A stretch of DNA of 52,233 nt, counting the filler, from Diploschistes diacapsis (taxonomy: Eukaryota), in assembly GCA_023645945.1 (NCBI GenBank). It is 3 parts of 3 records of this genome, joined end to end, with 100 filler letters (N's around TTAATTAATTAA, not from the genome) between each part and the next. Parts side by side here need not be neighbours in the genome. Positions count along the whole stretch, not along the records: positions 17,473 to 34,828 come from JALAIB010000459.1; positions 34,929 to 52,233 come from JALAIB010000460.1; 1 more part is not named here. One strand, written 5' to 3'. This document shows, in pieces, positions 24,141-35,689 of this stretch; the first letter of the stretch is position 1, and the number at the start of each line of letters is the position of its first letter. The notes beneath the pieces are model-generated. The model searched no databases. It saw only the letters and a program-made list of their open reading frames with translations, and was not told the origin of the DNA. The translations under genes and the position numbers were made by a program.

Positions 24141-26028
24141 GCCCACCCCTGTTTGCCCAAATCTGACACCCATATACTTCATGGGGGTGCTTCTCTACAA
24201 CTGGATTCGGCTCCATTCCTGAGGAACGAAAAGAAATACAAACCGCTGACGGAGAGGAAAGAGGACTTCGGTCCTCTCACCACCTTGAAACTGGCTCTGT
24301 CACTGTCGGTGGAACTGTCGCCGCCTTTCAAGCCCGTAAAGGTCAATCTCCGCCCATCGCCAGAGCCCTACCCGCTTCCGCTCCCTCCCAGTCCACCCCC
24401 TGGACCCGACGGGAGAGCCCGGAAGCGGAAGAAAACACGCACCGTGCAGTCGACGCGAGCCGACGCTGTCCTTGTCAACTTCCTTGGTGACCAAAATCGA
24501 CCTGATATAGCATCGCACGCTGGTGAGCATCCTTTGGTTACTGACTTGAGCGGAGACGTTCCAGAAAGTCCTAGCGGGGAAGGGTCGGACGAGGAGATGG
24601 AGGTATTGGGACCCGAGAGAGCTCCGACCACACAGAGCCTCGTTCAAGTAGCCGAATCAACTCTGAGAATAACGGAACACAATGACGCCAGGAGGGAACG
24701 GTCTGCCGGTCGATCTGCGTCCGAACGGCCGCGGCCTATCATTGTCACGAGGCCCAGCTCACAGGCAGAAGCAGCGTTCCTCCGAGAAGCGGCTCCCAAG
24801 CCATCGCATAGCTTTCAGAATTCGAATGCCCCGACGAACGCTGCACCGCACGTACCGCGCGAATCTTCTGGAGGCGAACGGCCTTCATCCAGCCAGCAGA
24901 GTCCACTGAATCCCGTCAGAGAGCAAAACTCTATGATGACTTCTCCCCGTTTGCGACAGTTTACTATCAGTGCATCCGATCGTTCGCCCATGGAGACACT
25001 TCCCGCTATGCAAAATAGTCCTCCGCCGTCGGCAATGTCCCAAGGTACTCAACAAATTCTCCCCTCGCTTCACTCGCAACTTGGTCCACTCGCAGACGGG
25101 CCGCCTCTACCGCAACCATTGGCCCTTACTAAAAGACAGCCGTCATTCTCAGGGAACGGTACGCTTCATTCGCCACCACTGGACTTCTCTCCACCTAGAG
25201 GCCCACCGCCATACCCACCGCTCTCCGCTCTCAATCGTGGAAAGTATCCCGTTTACCCTGCTACAGAGCCATCACCGGCAAGCACGCAGAGTGGTCCATC
25301 GCCTCGTGAATCTTACACATCGGGCCGAACCCCAAGGAGCATGTCACCGCCACCGAAATTTGGCCCCAGGCAGTATTCAGGTACCCAGAGCCTCATACAC
25401 AGCGACGCCCCAACCCCAGTATCAGCCACTGGTCAGACGAGTCTTGGAACCCTGTGTACCGAGCCATCTCCGGTCTCGGAGCGGCTCAATCTGAATTCTG
25501 ATCGGCCAATCTTACCGCCGCTTCCCAACGGACCATTGGTCGGTGGTGGATTCAGATGTGAAGTTCCAGGATGCACGGCTCCCCCATTCCAGACACAATA
25601 TCTTCTCAAGTAAATTGATCACTCCCCGATGCGTGAAGTGGTCCTCATTTGATGTCCTGCAGCTCCCACGCCAACGTGCACTCGTCGAGCCGCCCGCATT
25701 ATTGTCCTATCAAAAACTGCAGCCGGTCAGAGGGAGGAAGAGGATTCAAAAGAAAGAATGAAATGAACAGGCACGGCCTCGTGCACCAGTCACCTGGCTA
25801 CATATGCCCGTTCTGTCCGGAAAGAGAGCACAAGTATCCCCGACCCGATAACCTACAGAGGTACTTTCTTTTCGTCCGTTTGGTTGCCGTCTGGTTTTCT
25901 AATCTGCCAACAGACACATCAAGGCTCACCACGTGGACAAAGACAAGGACGATCCCATGCTCCGAGAGGTGCTATCGCAGAGAGCCGGGGGTGGTAACCG
26001 TGGCCGACGAAGGCGGGCGAACTCTTGA
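24141..26028 (+). CDS. C2H2 zinc-finger transcription factor (3 C-terminal fingers, Pro/Ser-rich body); 5' end unresolved
   Basis: Introns 25610-25662 and 25861-25913 assemble FRCEVPGCTAPPFQTQYLLNSHANVH, YCPIKNCSRSEGGRGFKRKNEMNRHGLVH and YICPFCPEREHKYPRPDNLQRHIKAHH, with the stop at 26026-26028. NLS RKRKK is present. The frame is open from 24141 but the first in-frame ATG is at 24597. Confidence 0.9.
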
Positions 26029-29000
26029 TTCCGATCGGTCCATCTCGACATCACACTTCCTCATTTCTTATGAGCTTGCGATTTACCTGTATTTTCTCGG
26101 TAAGGCTGGTGCTGGCATACCTGCCGGAGGAGGGGGTGCGCGTGGCAAAAGCACGATGACCGACCACGCGTTAAAGGGGTAATTTTTGCAGTGTGCATTG
26201 CAGGAGGAGCATGGGGCGTCCACGTTGGATCTTGGGTAGGATTGAGCTGGGAGAACTACGAGGTGCCAGCAAACATTTTACTTTAGCGTTGTGGCGGTGC
26301 TTGAGCGATTCGACGTGGATTATTCGTGCGAGATCAGTACCAGACACGTTTGGTGTTAGCGCATCTAGCTTGCGCAGTCTCGGTCAGGCTCTTGAGCTCA
26401 GGTTGACTCAATCTTGTTGTCGGACTTGACCATGCAACCAAAAGCTTGAAGTCGATCGCAGACATACATTGGCATCCCTATGACACACGAAGGCGTCATC
26501 CAGACCCCAACCGGTCTCGAAAATGGCTACAGTATGCAATGAAGACCAGTATCGTAAGACGGCCAAGGACTTCGGATGAGGTAAGGTATCGAAGATAGCC
26601 ACCTACCATGCTATGGAAGTACATGCATGCAATCTATGAAAGTTTGGTGTTAATACCGATTATGTGCCGGTATGCTATTAACTGTACTTAGCCAGTCAAT
26701 CAATCAATTCAAAGCAGGTACGCTACCGTCCTTGGTCATCTACCTACACGATAGTACGATACAACAAGTTGCAAGGGGGACGCAAGGACTTGATCTCGAC
26801 CAAGCTGCACAGTCAAGTATCCCTAACGATCCATAGTTACAGACCAATTCCGGGATTATGACATCAATCTCCTAAAGGTCAGACCTCGTGCGTAGGGTGA
26901 GGGTCAATTTTTTGTCGTGTCCGTTGCTCATAGAACTACCAACGATATGACGAAGGGGGTGAGGGAATAAGTTCACGCGTAGGGAGACCGCTTTTGCTGC
27001 TTTTGCGGCCCCCCCAAGACGTGCTCAACACAATTATAAACAGCTTGTCAGATGTTCTTCTTTATCCCTCCAGTGGTTATTTTTGGCGTGATTGATTATG
27101 AAGACTGCTTGACGAGCTGTTTGACAAAGCGACCTTCTCAATTATTAATCCCGGTTCTCGCCTCCGAGCTTTGGCTGTGCAAGTATAGGGCTAGCACTAC
27201 ACCGCCTCAGGCAAGATCCTCGCTGATCATCAACTCTACACCAGGAAACCTACGGTCAAGCTGCCCACCAGTGTCCCAACCATTCGTACAACAACATTCT
27301 AGTCAAAGGCCCAAAACCACGAAAAAAATGCGGACATGCGCAAGCAAGACCAGCATTCAGACCGACAAAGCATCGTGAGCGATCTCGATTGAGCAACTCT
27401 ATGCGCTGAAGACGCCATTTCTGACCGTTATGATATTGACATATTGGTCTAACGTGCATTTCTGCTTGCAGCGGCCCGGGGCCGACCCGCTGTTAAGTCC
27501 CAAGGTATTTTATTGGTTTCACGCAGACTGGGTCTTTGATACATCACAAGCACCATACAAGCCTTGAAATTATATGGCAGAGCGCCTTGATGGCAGCTAC
27601 TATACTGAGTGGGAAGAATTAAGGCCCTCCAGCGGCTATGGGCCGGTTCTCTAGCCACGAGCAGCATGCAGGTGGCAGATGGTGAGGCTAAGAAATGAAC
27701 AACGTGAACCTGGAGTGTAAAAAAGCTAGCAGCGATTCCGTTCCAAACTTCAAGTTGAACGGGTTGCTTACTTATTCAATGGATCAGCCATGATAGGTGC
27801 AAACGCTCAAGATGTTAATTTTGGACGTTCCGGGCAGCGCCAAGAAACGATTTGCAACAACGAGTACCAAGTACCCAACTACTAGACTCGAACTACTGGA
27901 TCTCTTAGTGCTTTGCATATGCGGCCAAGGACGAGCCCGAGCCATGTGGCACCCACATGCGGTGAGTATATCCTACCAGGTATCAGCTATCAGACCAAGG
28001 ACTTTGTACCCAAAATGCTCTATCTCGTTTTAGGAATCCAGAAATGAGCTCTGCTCTTCTCAGACCCTAATCCTGTCCTACCTCCAGCCTCCGGAGCCCA
28101 TCGGTACCCGTGCTGCTGCCGCGGGACCTCACTTCCATTTGGCCAATATGGGTGCAACCATAACGAGTCCGCAGCATACTTGTTCTCGACCACTCTTTGC
28201 TACGATCTCAATAAGCATCTGAGGGTGGTAACAAAGCTAGAAAGATCCCTTTATGCACCTCAGGAGCCTCATATGTCCATCTCCGCCGCGCGCTGGATCG
28301 TTGGCGTTGCCTGTCGGTCCGCATCCGTGGATCCACGAACCTTGTACTAGCAGCAGCGGACAGAACAACATGGTATGGGTTTCTCACCTCAGCAAATGCA
28401 TGGGCAATGACGCATCTTAGGTACTCCCCTTGCAGCTTTTGGTCACATTTCGAAGGCAACGCTTCTGGTCATAACTTTCCAGAATCTGCCTCGCATTGTT
28501 TCGGTCCAGAATCTGCAAGCATGCGCATGACCCAATGACCCTCCTGCTCCACTAGTGGCAGCGTGGAATATGGAATTTGGAATCTTCAGCCCGGAGGTAA
28601 CTGAATCACCCATCTAAGGTAGAGCTAGCTCCAGCAAGTTTTGCCAACATGCGCCTGCGTTGACTCGTCATGATGCGACCCCCGGTTCTAACATGTTCTT
28701 GACTTTAGCGGTCGCATATTAGCGGTATGGAGGCTCAGTCTTAGGTCTGGAGCTCCTCGTGGTTTTCCACGTATTCTACCAGGATTTCATCGGCCACTTG
28801 CTTTACTTTACTGCATTTGGAGCGTATGAGCAGTTGCACGATAGTATACCATCACCTATAAACCCTGGATTGTCAGTGTCTCAGCCGCACTGTTATTTGT
28901 ACAGGCTTGGAAAACTCTTCTGACCTCGTCGTATGTTTGGCGGTACCGTCCTTTGTCAGGATTAGGTCATAGGCATGCATATTGGGTCGTTCAATTATCT

Positions 29001-29609
29001 CACCTGTCAATGCCTCTTCTCAGCCGCATAGGTACCAACCCCAACCCCGAAATCCTTGACAATGGATATCCTGAAGTGACTTGCTGTTTTCTCTCCTCAG
29101 CAATCTATTTGCAGAGCACCGAACATCGTATGCTATCCTCGGTGAGGTAACCTTCCTAATTCGTCTTTGCAATCTGCCCAATACAGCTTCACCGGTCTGT
29201 TCTTTCGAATCCAGGACAACCCAAAGTTATCTAACAGATGCAACGCGGGGTGTCCAAATATCGACTTTGGAAAACGTAAGCTTCTTCTGACGCCTGCTGA
29301 AGCAGACGCCTTTCTAGAAGCTTAATAAGAAAGGGACAATGCCGTCACCAGCTAGCGAGACTGCCCCAAAATCATCTCGGCATATAAGACACGATACTGC
29401 CGTAACGTTACCGATGGGTCAGCATTTCAACACCGGAATCAACTTATTCCTGCTTGGATATCGGCTCTGATCGGCCATAGCCCGGCCTACCATATCATCA
29501 TACAGCACAGCCAACAAACCCTTGGCACCAAGGATCTATAATAGCGAGCGCATCGCCCAGGAGACGACTGCGACGCTTTGAATCACCGTATTGTCCAGCA
29601 GGGCACAAG

Positions 29610-30454
29610 ATGTCTGGTTTCTTCTCGAACGAGGCCGAACAAGTCTTGATGAGTCAGGAGGAGGATGCTCGGCTTCTGTTAGAGCAACAGTTACTACTTG
29701 AAAGCACGACGCCATACATAGACGAGGAGTCGAATTGGGCCCACGCCCATACATCAGACTCTGGATTCGACTACTTTCATCCTCTTCCACACGGTGGCGC
29801 GACGTATCCTACACTAGCTTCATCCCCAGCGTTTATGACCTATGCTGGATTGAGACCTGCGGACATAGAGCCGCCTGTTTTCTATGCTCCGTCCACCTAC
29901 TCTATTCCCTCGACAGGCTCTTCCCATTGTACGCCGACCTCGCTTTCTGTACCTTCTGCTGGAAGCTCCACTGCAGGACCAAGCTCGCAGCCTCGGGTAT
30001 ACTCACGCTCACCATCGCCTCATCCCTCAGACTTATATAACTATGGCACGCTCACTTCGGACAACCGCACATGGCGATGCGCCTACCCTGGCTGCCAATC
30101 CAAAGCCATCTTCGTGCGACCGTGCGACTTACGCAAGCATTTCCACAGGCACAACAAGCAGTTTTTCTGCCGCCACGAAGGCTGCCTACAGGCACGCGAA
30201 GGCGGGTTCTCAAGCAAGAAGGATAGGGCCAGGCACGAGAACAAGCACAATCCCGGCGTGCAATGCGAATGGGGAGGCTGCGAAAGGATCTTCTCCAGGG
30301 TAGATAACATGAAGAATCACTTGCAAAGGAGTGAGTGCACACTGACCATTTTCTTCGCCACTTCAACCATCGCAATGAGCGAATGGTCATCTGTCACAAA
30401 TGCGCTCATTGTTCTAACTTGTTAACAGTACACAAGAGATCCAAGCCAGCATGA
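29610..30454 (+). CDS. C2H2 zinc-finger transcription factor (3 fingers, ~248 aa)
   Basis: WRCAYPGCQSKAIFVRPCDLRKHFHRH and FFCRHEGCLQAREGGFSSKKDRARHENKH are in exon 1. Intron 30331-30428 (GTGAGT...TCTAAC...CAG) completes CEWGGCERIFSRVDNMKNHLQRIH, followed by KRSKPA*. Confidence 0.92.
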
Positions 30455-31233
30455 GGACCTTCTAGAGAGCATGATACCGAAGTGTAAAGGACCAAGACCT
30501 TGCCTCGTCCTCCGATACTCTATTATCGAATCCAAATATCCCACTTCAGCTTCATCGGCTCCTCAGCATTATAACTGCGAGAGCAACGTAGAACAGAAAA
30601 CGGAGGCCGTGCTCACCTATTATCTGCATGGCATTCTTTCTGGGCTTTGTCATTGTAATTATACGTTTCCTTTGTTCATGATACCACAAACTTGTTTGCA
30701 CTCGTTATGCACTAATTGTTCGGCAAAAGCATGATATTGTTGATGTGCAAAGTGGAACAGTATAGGTCTCCTCAAGAACTGGTCCCTACATCTGGGGTAA
30801 ATTGAAGTTTCATTGTACTACTTTCCACTCTGCTAGTTGCTGCCTTTGACTGTCATCTATCGATCCCCAGTCCAGAGTCGTGATTGCCCTTAATGGCGGT
30901 CCAGGCAGGGTGGAATGAATATCTCGTACTCTGCAACCGAGTTATCCTCTGCAACAGGATACTCTCAGCTCACCGTGCTAGCAACTCAAGGCTACAGCCG
31001 CATTCATAGCCTGGCCAACCCTACCGAATAAGTACGAAGACATGCTAGGGGTTTAAAGGCTGCGTTGCTTCGACGAGACGGAACGTACGTTTCTCTTTTG
31101 GCGATGTAACGGACGGGACCTAGTTGATTTATCGCTTATGCAGTGGCTTCTGGAACGTTCAACTACTAAGAGCTCTAGAGGTTGTCGTGCTTTACTCTTA
31201 ACGCCATGATCTTTCGCTTGATTCAGGAGCACC

Positions 31234-31509
31234 ACCTGCTGCGTTCCCTCTCCATACAAAGTTTGTAGGGTTGACAGTTAATTTGTACACACGGGTAAGT
31301 TAGATTCTACACAAATTTGTATGTGCATTTCCTCAGTTTTCCTCAAGTCATTTGACAGTACACAAAGTGTCTTCATGTCTTTCTGAATTTAAATCTTTTT
31401 GACCTATCTGGATGCATCGGAAGTATGTACGCTTTGTGACGCAAGTGTGGCTCGTATCACGGATATAAGATGCATATAATTTTCTATTAAGGACTAGATA
31501 TGAGCTAAA
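31234..31509 (+). repeat. diverged dispersed repeat, copy 1 (other copy 45523-45735)
   Basis: 31234-31272 matches 45523-45561 at 34/39 positions, and a 17-bp exact match ACTAGATATGAGCTAAA sits at 31493 and 45719. An intermediate block is collinear. Confidence 0.8.
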
Positions 31510-34434
31510 AATATTTAGAGACGGTGCGGAGCATGCCACTAGATCAATGATTAATGACACTCTACACTCTATTAGTGCTATAACGGGCTATGAATCAGCA
31601 TGGTTTTATTCAAGTGAGATGCTTCCTACCTACGGGCAGACCCTAATCACTTCTCAGACGCTGATTGCTCACTCTTTATAGGGCATCATTCAGGATTCTT
31701 CTGGCGCCGCCTTGCATATCACAGTAGGGCTTACTTTAATGCGTACGATGCTAGAAGTTAATCACACGTATGCTGGACTTCGCAGGCCCAAGAACCTGAA
31801 CCAGAATGTCAACATCATGGAGAATGAGCACAGATTGAGTAGCACAGGCAACATTACTCAGGATTCTCGCTATTTCTTACTGTCCTAACTACTGCATTTG
31901 GGGAAAGGTAGAACCATGTGCCAATAGCCTTTACCGGTTACTACGCCTTTGTGCGTTGTAAGAGATGCAATCTGTTCCCATTGTCTCAACGAACTCTCAT
32001 CTTTGTTGATCCTACTCTACCATTGCTACGAGGCTCTGATGGATACGACTTGTGGATCCCTTTGGTCGCATTAGTGGTACTTTAATTGGCAGGCCAAATG
32101 GGATCAAGTCGAGGTCGCAGTTTCTTCCTCTCAAGGCTTCAACTAGAAACAACATTTAATTGCAAGTGGGATCCCTTCTAATTCAAAGGAACATGCCTGG
32201 CCTAAGATGGCCAGAGAGATGCTGGAAGCGGCAAGCAAATGCCTAGCGCAGGGCTTGAGGAGAATAATACGAGGAAGTCGCATAGGTACTTTCAGGAACT
32301 GTCACCATTCAAAATTCTGAGAGAGTGGATCCGTGGCTGTGGCCCGTTACAGAACGAGACCGTTCGGGGCATGCTTCTGGTTTGGCATTCCGGTTCAGGG
32401 GAGTAAGAGCTGCAAGTAAGCAACAGGGTTTTCGGTAAGAATAGGCTATGCTTCACCTCCCCAAGCGTTATTGGGTAGAATGCACGCCGTTTCTCACCAC
32501 TAATAAATTATAGTGGCAAATCCAGAGACCCTAGCACGAGGGGAGAGGACCACGGCGTCCCGGGTGGCCTCAAAATATGGGGGGGGAATAGGTACTACAA
32601 AGGACGCATGCTGCTCATCACTCATATTTCAGGAGCAACTACCAAACCATATCGAGCTTTATCTGATGACGTGGATTTTGTTGCTCAGCAACTGGGCAGA
32701 AATTACCCTAATATCTCAACGGCAAGACGGCTTGTAAAGAGGTATACAAGAAGTGCTAAAGCAGGACCCCATTTATTTCCAAATTGGGATGATCATGACG
32801 GAATCGGGAGGCCTAATTATACCAACAGCAACGCAGGCCGATGTGGAGGGCCGGCTATGGAGGACAGACCAAAGTTGCTGCGGAACTTCATCAGATTAGT
32901 GTGTTACGACATCAAACGAGGTTGAATGGACTGATGGAAAGCCAGAAATACGAGAGGCCGCAAGTCATGGCGCTACGCTTCGTGCTCTACTGGCTTTCAC
33001 TTAACCTGTGAGAGTGGTGGGGGGTGGATCTTGATACTAAACATCTCTCTCCAAACTCCACCGTGGAAACCGATGATGCGGCGACACCCTACAGTCCAAA
33101 GGCAAAAATAAACGCTGCAAATCTAGCAGAGGTTTTGGTTGCCTTGCGTGAATCCTACTCGAAGTACGTTCCAAGCCAGCGAAAGCCGATTACGAACTTT
33201 CTCCTTGGATCAGCCGCTGGACCTAGTTTGCAACAGTGTTGGCATTCGTCCCTTTTGCCCCCGCAAGAAGCATGAAATAAGATAGTAAGAGCCATGGAAC
33301 TATGACCGAAAGGTAGAGGAGTCAATAACACCGTCACCGCTCTAGTATCCTGGGGATCTTGACTCGAGCTTGGAGTACTGGCCCTGGATATTGCTGGATT
33401 GCCGGATCGCCGAAGCTCTACCGAGGTTTGTGAGCAGCCGAATCAAGTACACCGGCGATGAAGTCGACAACAAACCCTTAAGGCGATGGCAGCTAAAGAA
33501 ATGTTCAATAATATCCTGCGCTTCTGCTGGCCAGATATATTCCTGTATGAAGCAAGGTGCTACATCATCGCTTTATACCTTCGAGGACCAGAAAACCCTT
33601 GCTATTTCTGATTTTTGGGTGCCTAGTCGCTTTTCCTCTAAGCGAAATCCGTGTTACTTGCTCTACATATATGTTTAATTTGGCCTGGAATCTCTTAGTG
33701 TCTACTTACTTGGATAAGATAAGACAATCTCGTCTATTTTCTAGAATTGCACAACCCTTCTCGCTACCCATCTTCTGCTGGCATTTTCCCAGCCCCAGCC
33801 TCGGACCATCCCATCGTCTGACTTGATCCCGTGGCCAACACCTCACTACCAGCCCAAGCAAGACCTCCACGAATGCTGCATCCGAGTCTGGACGGATGAC
33901 TCCAACTTGGCCTTTCCCTGGCGTTCATCACCCCACCCACCCACTGGCTTATCAGCCGCGATCTATCTGCTTTTTCCCATTTGCCTACGACCTATTTACT
34001 TTCATGCTGCTAGTTCGCTTTGCTATTCTTTTTTTAAAAATTTATTCTTTGCCTCGTCTCTTTATTTTCCTGCCTCTTTCCTATTTTCTCGTCCGCCTGC
34101 TTCTTATCTCCTACTGTTTAGTTTTGAATATATTTTTAACGTATAATCGGACAGTCTTTCACCTAACAGCACGAATACCCCCGCCGTACGTCCGTCGTCG
34201 CGGAGTTGCATCAGGCCGCCAAGCCAAGCGAGAGTAGCGAAAGAAGCCGGGGCCGTATGCATGTCACGCACGCAGTGCTTTTATTTACCACCACACCCCC
34301 ACGATTCGTAGGCCAGAGTGCCCCAACATTCAGGCCGCTTGGAATATGCTAGGGAGCGAAACAAAAACGGGGGATTGGGGGGAAAAAAAAAAGAGACGAT
34401 GGATAGATAATTTAAAGGAGGTGATGATATGATA

Positions 34435-34455
34435 CGGACGGACGGACGGACGGAC
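34435..34455. repeat. (CGGA)n microsatellite
   Basis: CGGACGGACGGACGGACGGAC. Confidence 0.9.
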
Positions 34456-34753
34456 AGGCTACAAACCTCAGCGAAGATTTGGGACACTTTGTTTGCCCCG
34501 ATACGAAGGGGGGGGGGGGAGTTTTTTTTCCCCTCCCTTTGGTTGTAGAAATAAGAAAGAAAAAACAACCAAACAAGGAACAGGAAAGCTTAGTAAAAGG
34601 AGCTGCGAGCAAGAGAGCGGGCACGCGTGCATTTGGGTAAATGGCCTGCACCGCACCGGCAAGGGTGGGGAAAGGACAACGTCGTCTCTACTCTGGATGG
34701 ATGGGATAGGGTGTGATTCGAGGAGTACAGGGGATAGGAGGTGGAAGAGCGAA

Positions 34754-34828
34754 GGAAGAGGAAGAGGAAGAGGAAGAGGAAGAGGAAGAGGAAGAGGAAG
34801 AGGAAGAGGAAGAGGAAGAGGAAGAGGA
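34754..34828. repeat. (GGAAGA)n hexamer microsatellite truncated by the contig end
   Basis: About 12 perfect units running into the N linker. Confidence 0.97.
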
Positions 34829-34928
34829 NNNNNNNNNNNNNNNNNNNNNNNNNNNNNNNNNNNNNNNNNNNNTTAATTAATTAANNNNNNNNNNNNNNNN
34901 NNNNNNNNNNNNNNNNNNNNNNNNNNNN
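34829..34928. other. artificial contig linker (44N + TTAATTAATTAA + 44N)
   Basis: Identical to the linker at 17373. Confidence 0.97.
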
Positions 34929-35689
34929 GGAGGAGATTAAGGGGAGAAGGGGAATATGGATACCGGCTGCACGCGTGATAGTGGGTTGACATGCGCATCC
35001 TTTTTTCCATCACGGCCTTTTGGGAAGCGAGGGGTGTTTTGCTATCTTACATGAGGTTGTATAGAAACAACGCTAGCAAACATAGCTTTACTTACGGCTT
35101 GCAGTTCGCGTCTGATATCCCGCGTTGGCTTTCAAGGTTGCCTGTTGAGCGTCTTCCCGTATACCCAGTGTCTCTCTTCATCCCAATATGAGGCAATCAT
35201 TACTTCGAGTACAAATAAGTGTAAGCTTTCATTGGACTTTAACGGCTTGCAAAAAGTAACCAGCAGCATGTAGCCTCTCTCTCTCTTCCCACATTCGATC
35301 CGTCTAGATAAGTAGGTGGAGGAGCACTCCCGCCCTACCAAAACTACATGTGCCTAGGCTCTCAAGCTCTCAAGCCCGCGGACAAGCAACCAACCAACCC
35401 GATCTTCTTCTCGTCCTCCCCCCCCCCCCAAATCGCACACCATCTAGACCACATTACCTCTACCTACCCTGAACAATAATAGTTAAATTGAATATGCAAA
35501 GAGGGTAACTCCATCCCGCCCCTTGCCAACGAAAGAGCAATGACAATGGCAACGGTAACGATAACAACCGAAACCCAGCACTGAGATTACCCGACCAAAC
35601 CAGACTAGACCAGCACAGCACAGTACCACGGAGCACGCCGGCCCGACCCTATAAGGATCATCGCCAGGAAATGAAAAGATTTCGTTCCG

